Shown piece by piece: positions 63,521 to 64,000 of a DNA stretch of 64,000 nt; position 1 is the first letter of the stretch, and every line of letters begins with the position of its first letter. The notes beneath the pieces were generated by a model. That model was not told the DNA's origin and did not search any database. It saw only the letters and a list, made by a program, of their open reading frames with translations. This DNA is from Microcoleus sp. (GTDB lineage Bacteria > Cyanobacteriota > Cyanobacteriia > Cyanobacteriales > Microcoleaceae), in contig CP181291.1 of assembly GCA_052279835.1 (NCBI GenBank), forward strand, positions 5,120,001-5,184,000, in the 5' to 3' direction. A program made the translations under genes and the position numbers.

Positions 63521-63958
63521 CTAGGCGCAAGCTAGGCTGAGCCTTTGTTCTGTGATGACTTGACGGATGCGGTTGAGTAGGGCTTGCCAAATTGCATCGG
63601 CGATCGCGACTGGATACTTGAAATGTTCCAGGTCATACTGTACGATGATTTCTAGGGGTGCTAAGGTTTGCTGGTTTCGACAACTGGCAATTGTGGCGAT
63701 CGCCTCTTGTTCCCATCTGGCAAATAGTCTGTAGCTGAAAAAGGAACTGCATTTTTGTCCTTTCTTGTTCAGGTAAACGACTATTACTTGATGTTGTTTG
63801 GGGTAGACTTTCACTATGCGGTTGACGGGCATTCTCAGGGCTTCGGCTGCTTCTTTTTTGGAGATTTGCCAGCACTGGGGTTTTAGCCAACCGGAGGCTG
63901 TAAGGCTCTGGCGTGTGTGGCTTGTCTTGCGTGTCCTGCGTGTGCGTCTATTAGTCAT
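63521..63958 (-). CDS. Hypothetical protein (basic N-terminus)
   Basis: AGGAG RBS upstream; the diverged copy at 60656-60891 keeps protein-level similarity, supporting coding status. Confidence 0.75.
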   Translation of the reverse strand: MTNRRTRRTRKTSHTRQSLTASGWLKPQCWQISKKEAAEALRMPVNRIVKVYPKQHQVIVVYLNKKGQKCSSFFSYRLFARWEQEAIATIASCRNQQTLAPLEIIVQYDLEHFKYPVAIADAIWQALLNRIRQVITEQRLSLACA

Positions 63959-64000
63959 TTTTTCGGACTCCTAAATCGTGAGGGGTACTCCGATACAGTG

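Overview
The window comes from a filamentous cyanobacterium (Oscillatoriales/Microcoleus-like, inferred from dense HIP1 GCGATCGC sites, heptamer tandem repeats and beta-carboxysome genes). From left to right it holds: the NDH-1(4) CO2-uptake genes (cupB, ndhD4, ndhF4), divergent from ccmK2-K1-L-M-N-O, where ccmM carries a +1 frameshift; housekeeping genes (hemL, hisIE, porin, MFS, TMEM165 pair, upp, crtH, CBS-PAS-GGDEF-EAL, sipA, rbfA, GH3, ABC ATPase, thyX-dut-dCMP deaminase, vWA, ndhN); the sRNA IsaR1 and a probable 6S RNA; an intact tnpB-only IS200/IS605 element between ndhN and rplC; and the ribosomal superoperon rplC..prfA. An accessory cassette starts right at the prfA stop. The best candidate for an undescribed system is in that cassette: a 675-aa protein (TM - extracytoplasmic domain - TM - long coiled coil - HicA-like RNase) with no hicB nearby, followed by a small secreted protein, and bracketed by a decayed and an intact copy of one hypothetical gene. 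Other leads are a ~265-nt structured leader before rpmJ, an apparent G/T-to-A/C compositional switch at HIP1 sites, and inverted heptamer arrays in intercistronic spacers. All calls were made by eye; no searches or folding programs were run.
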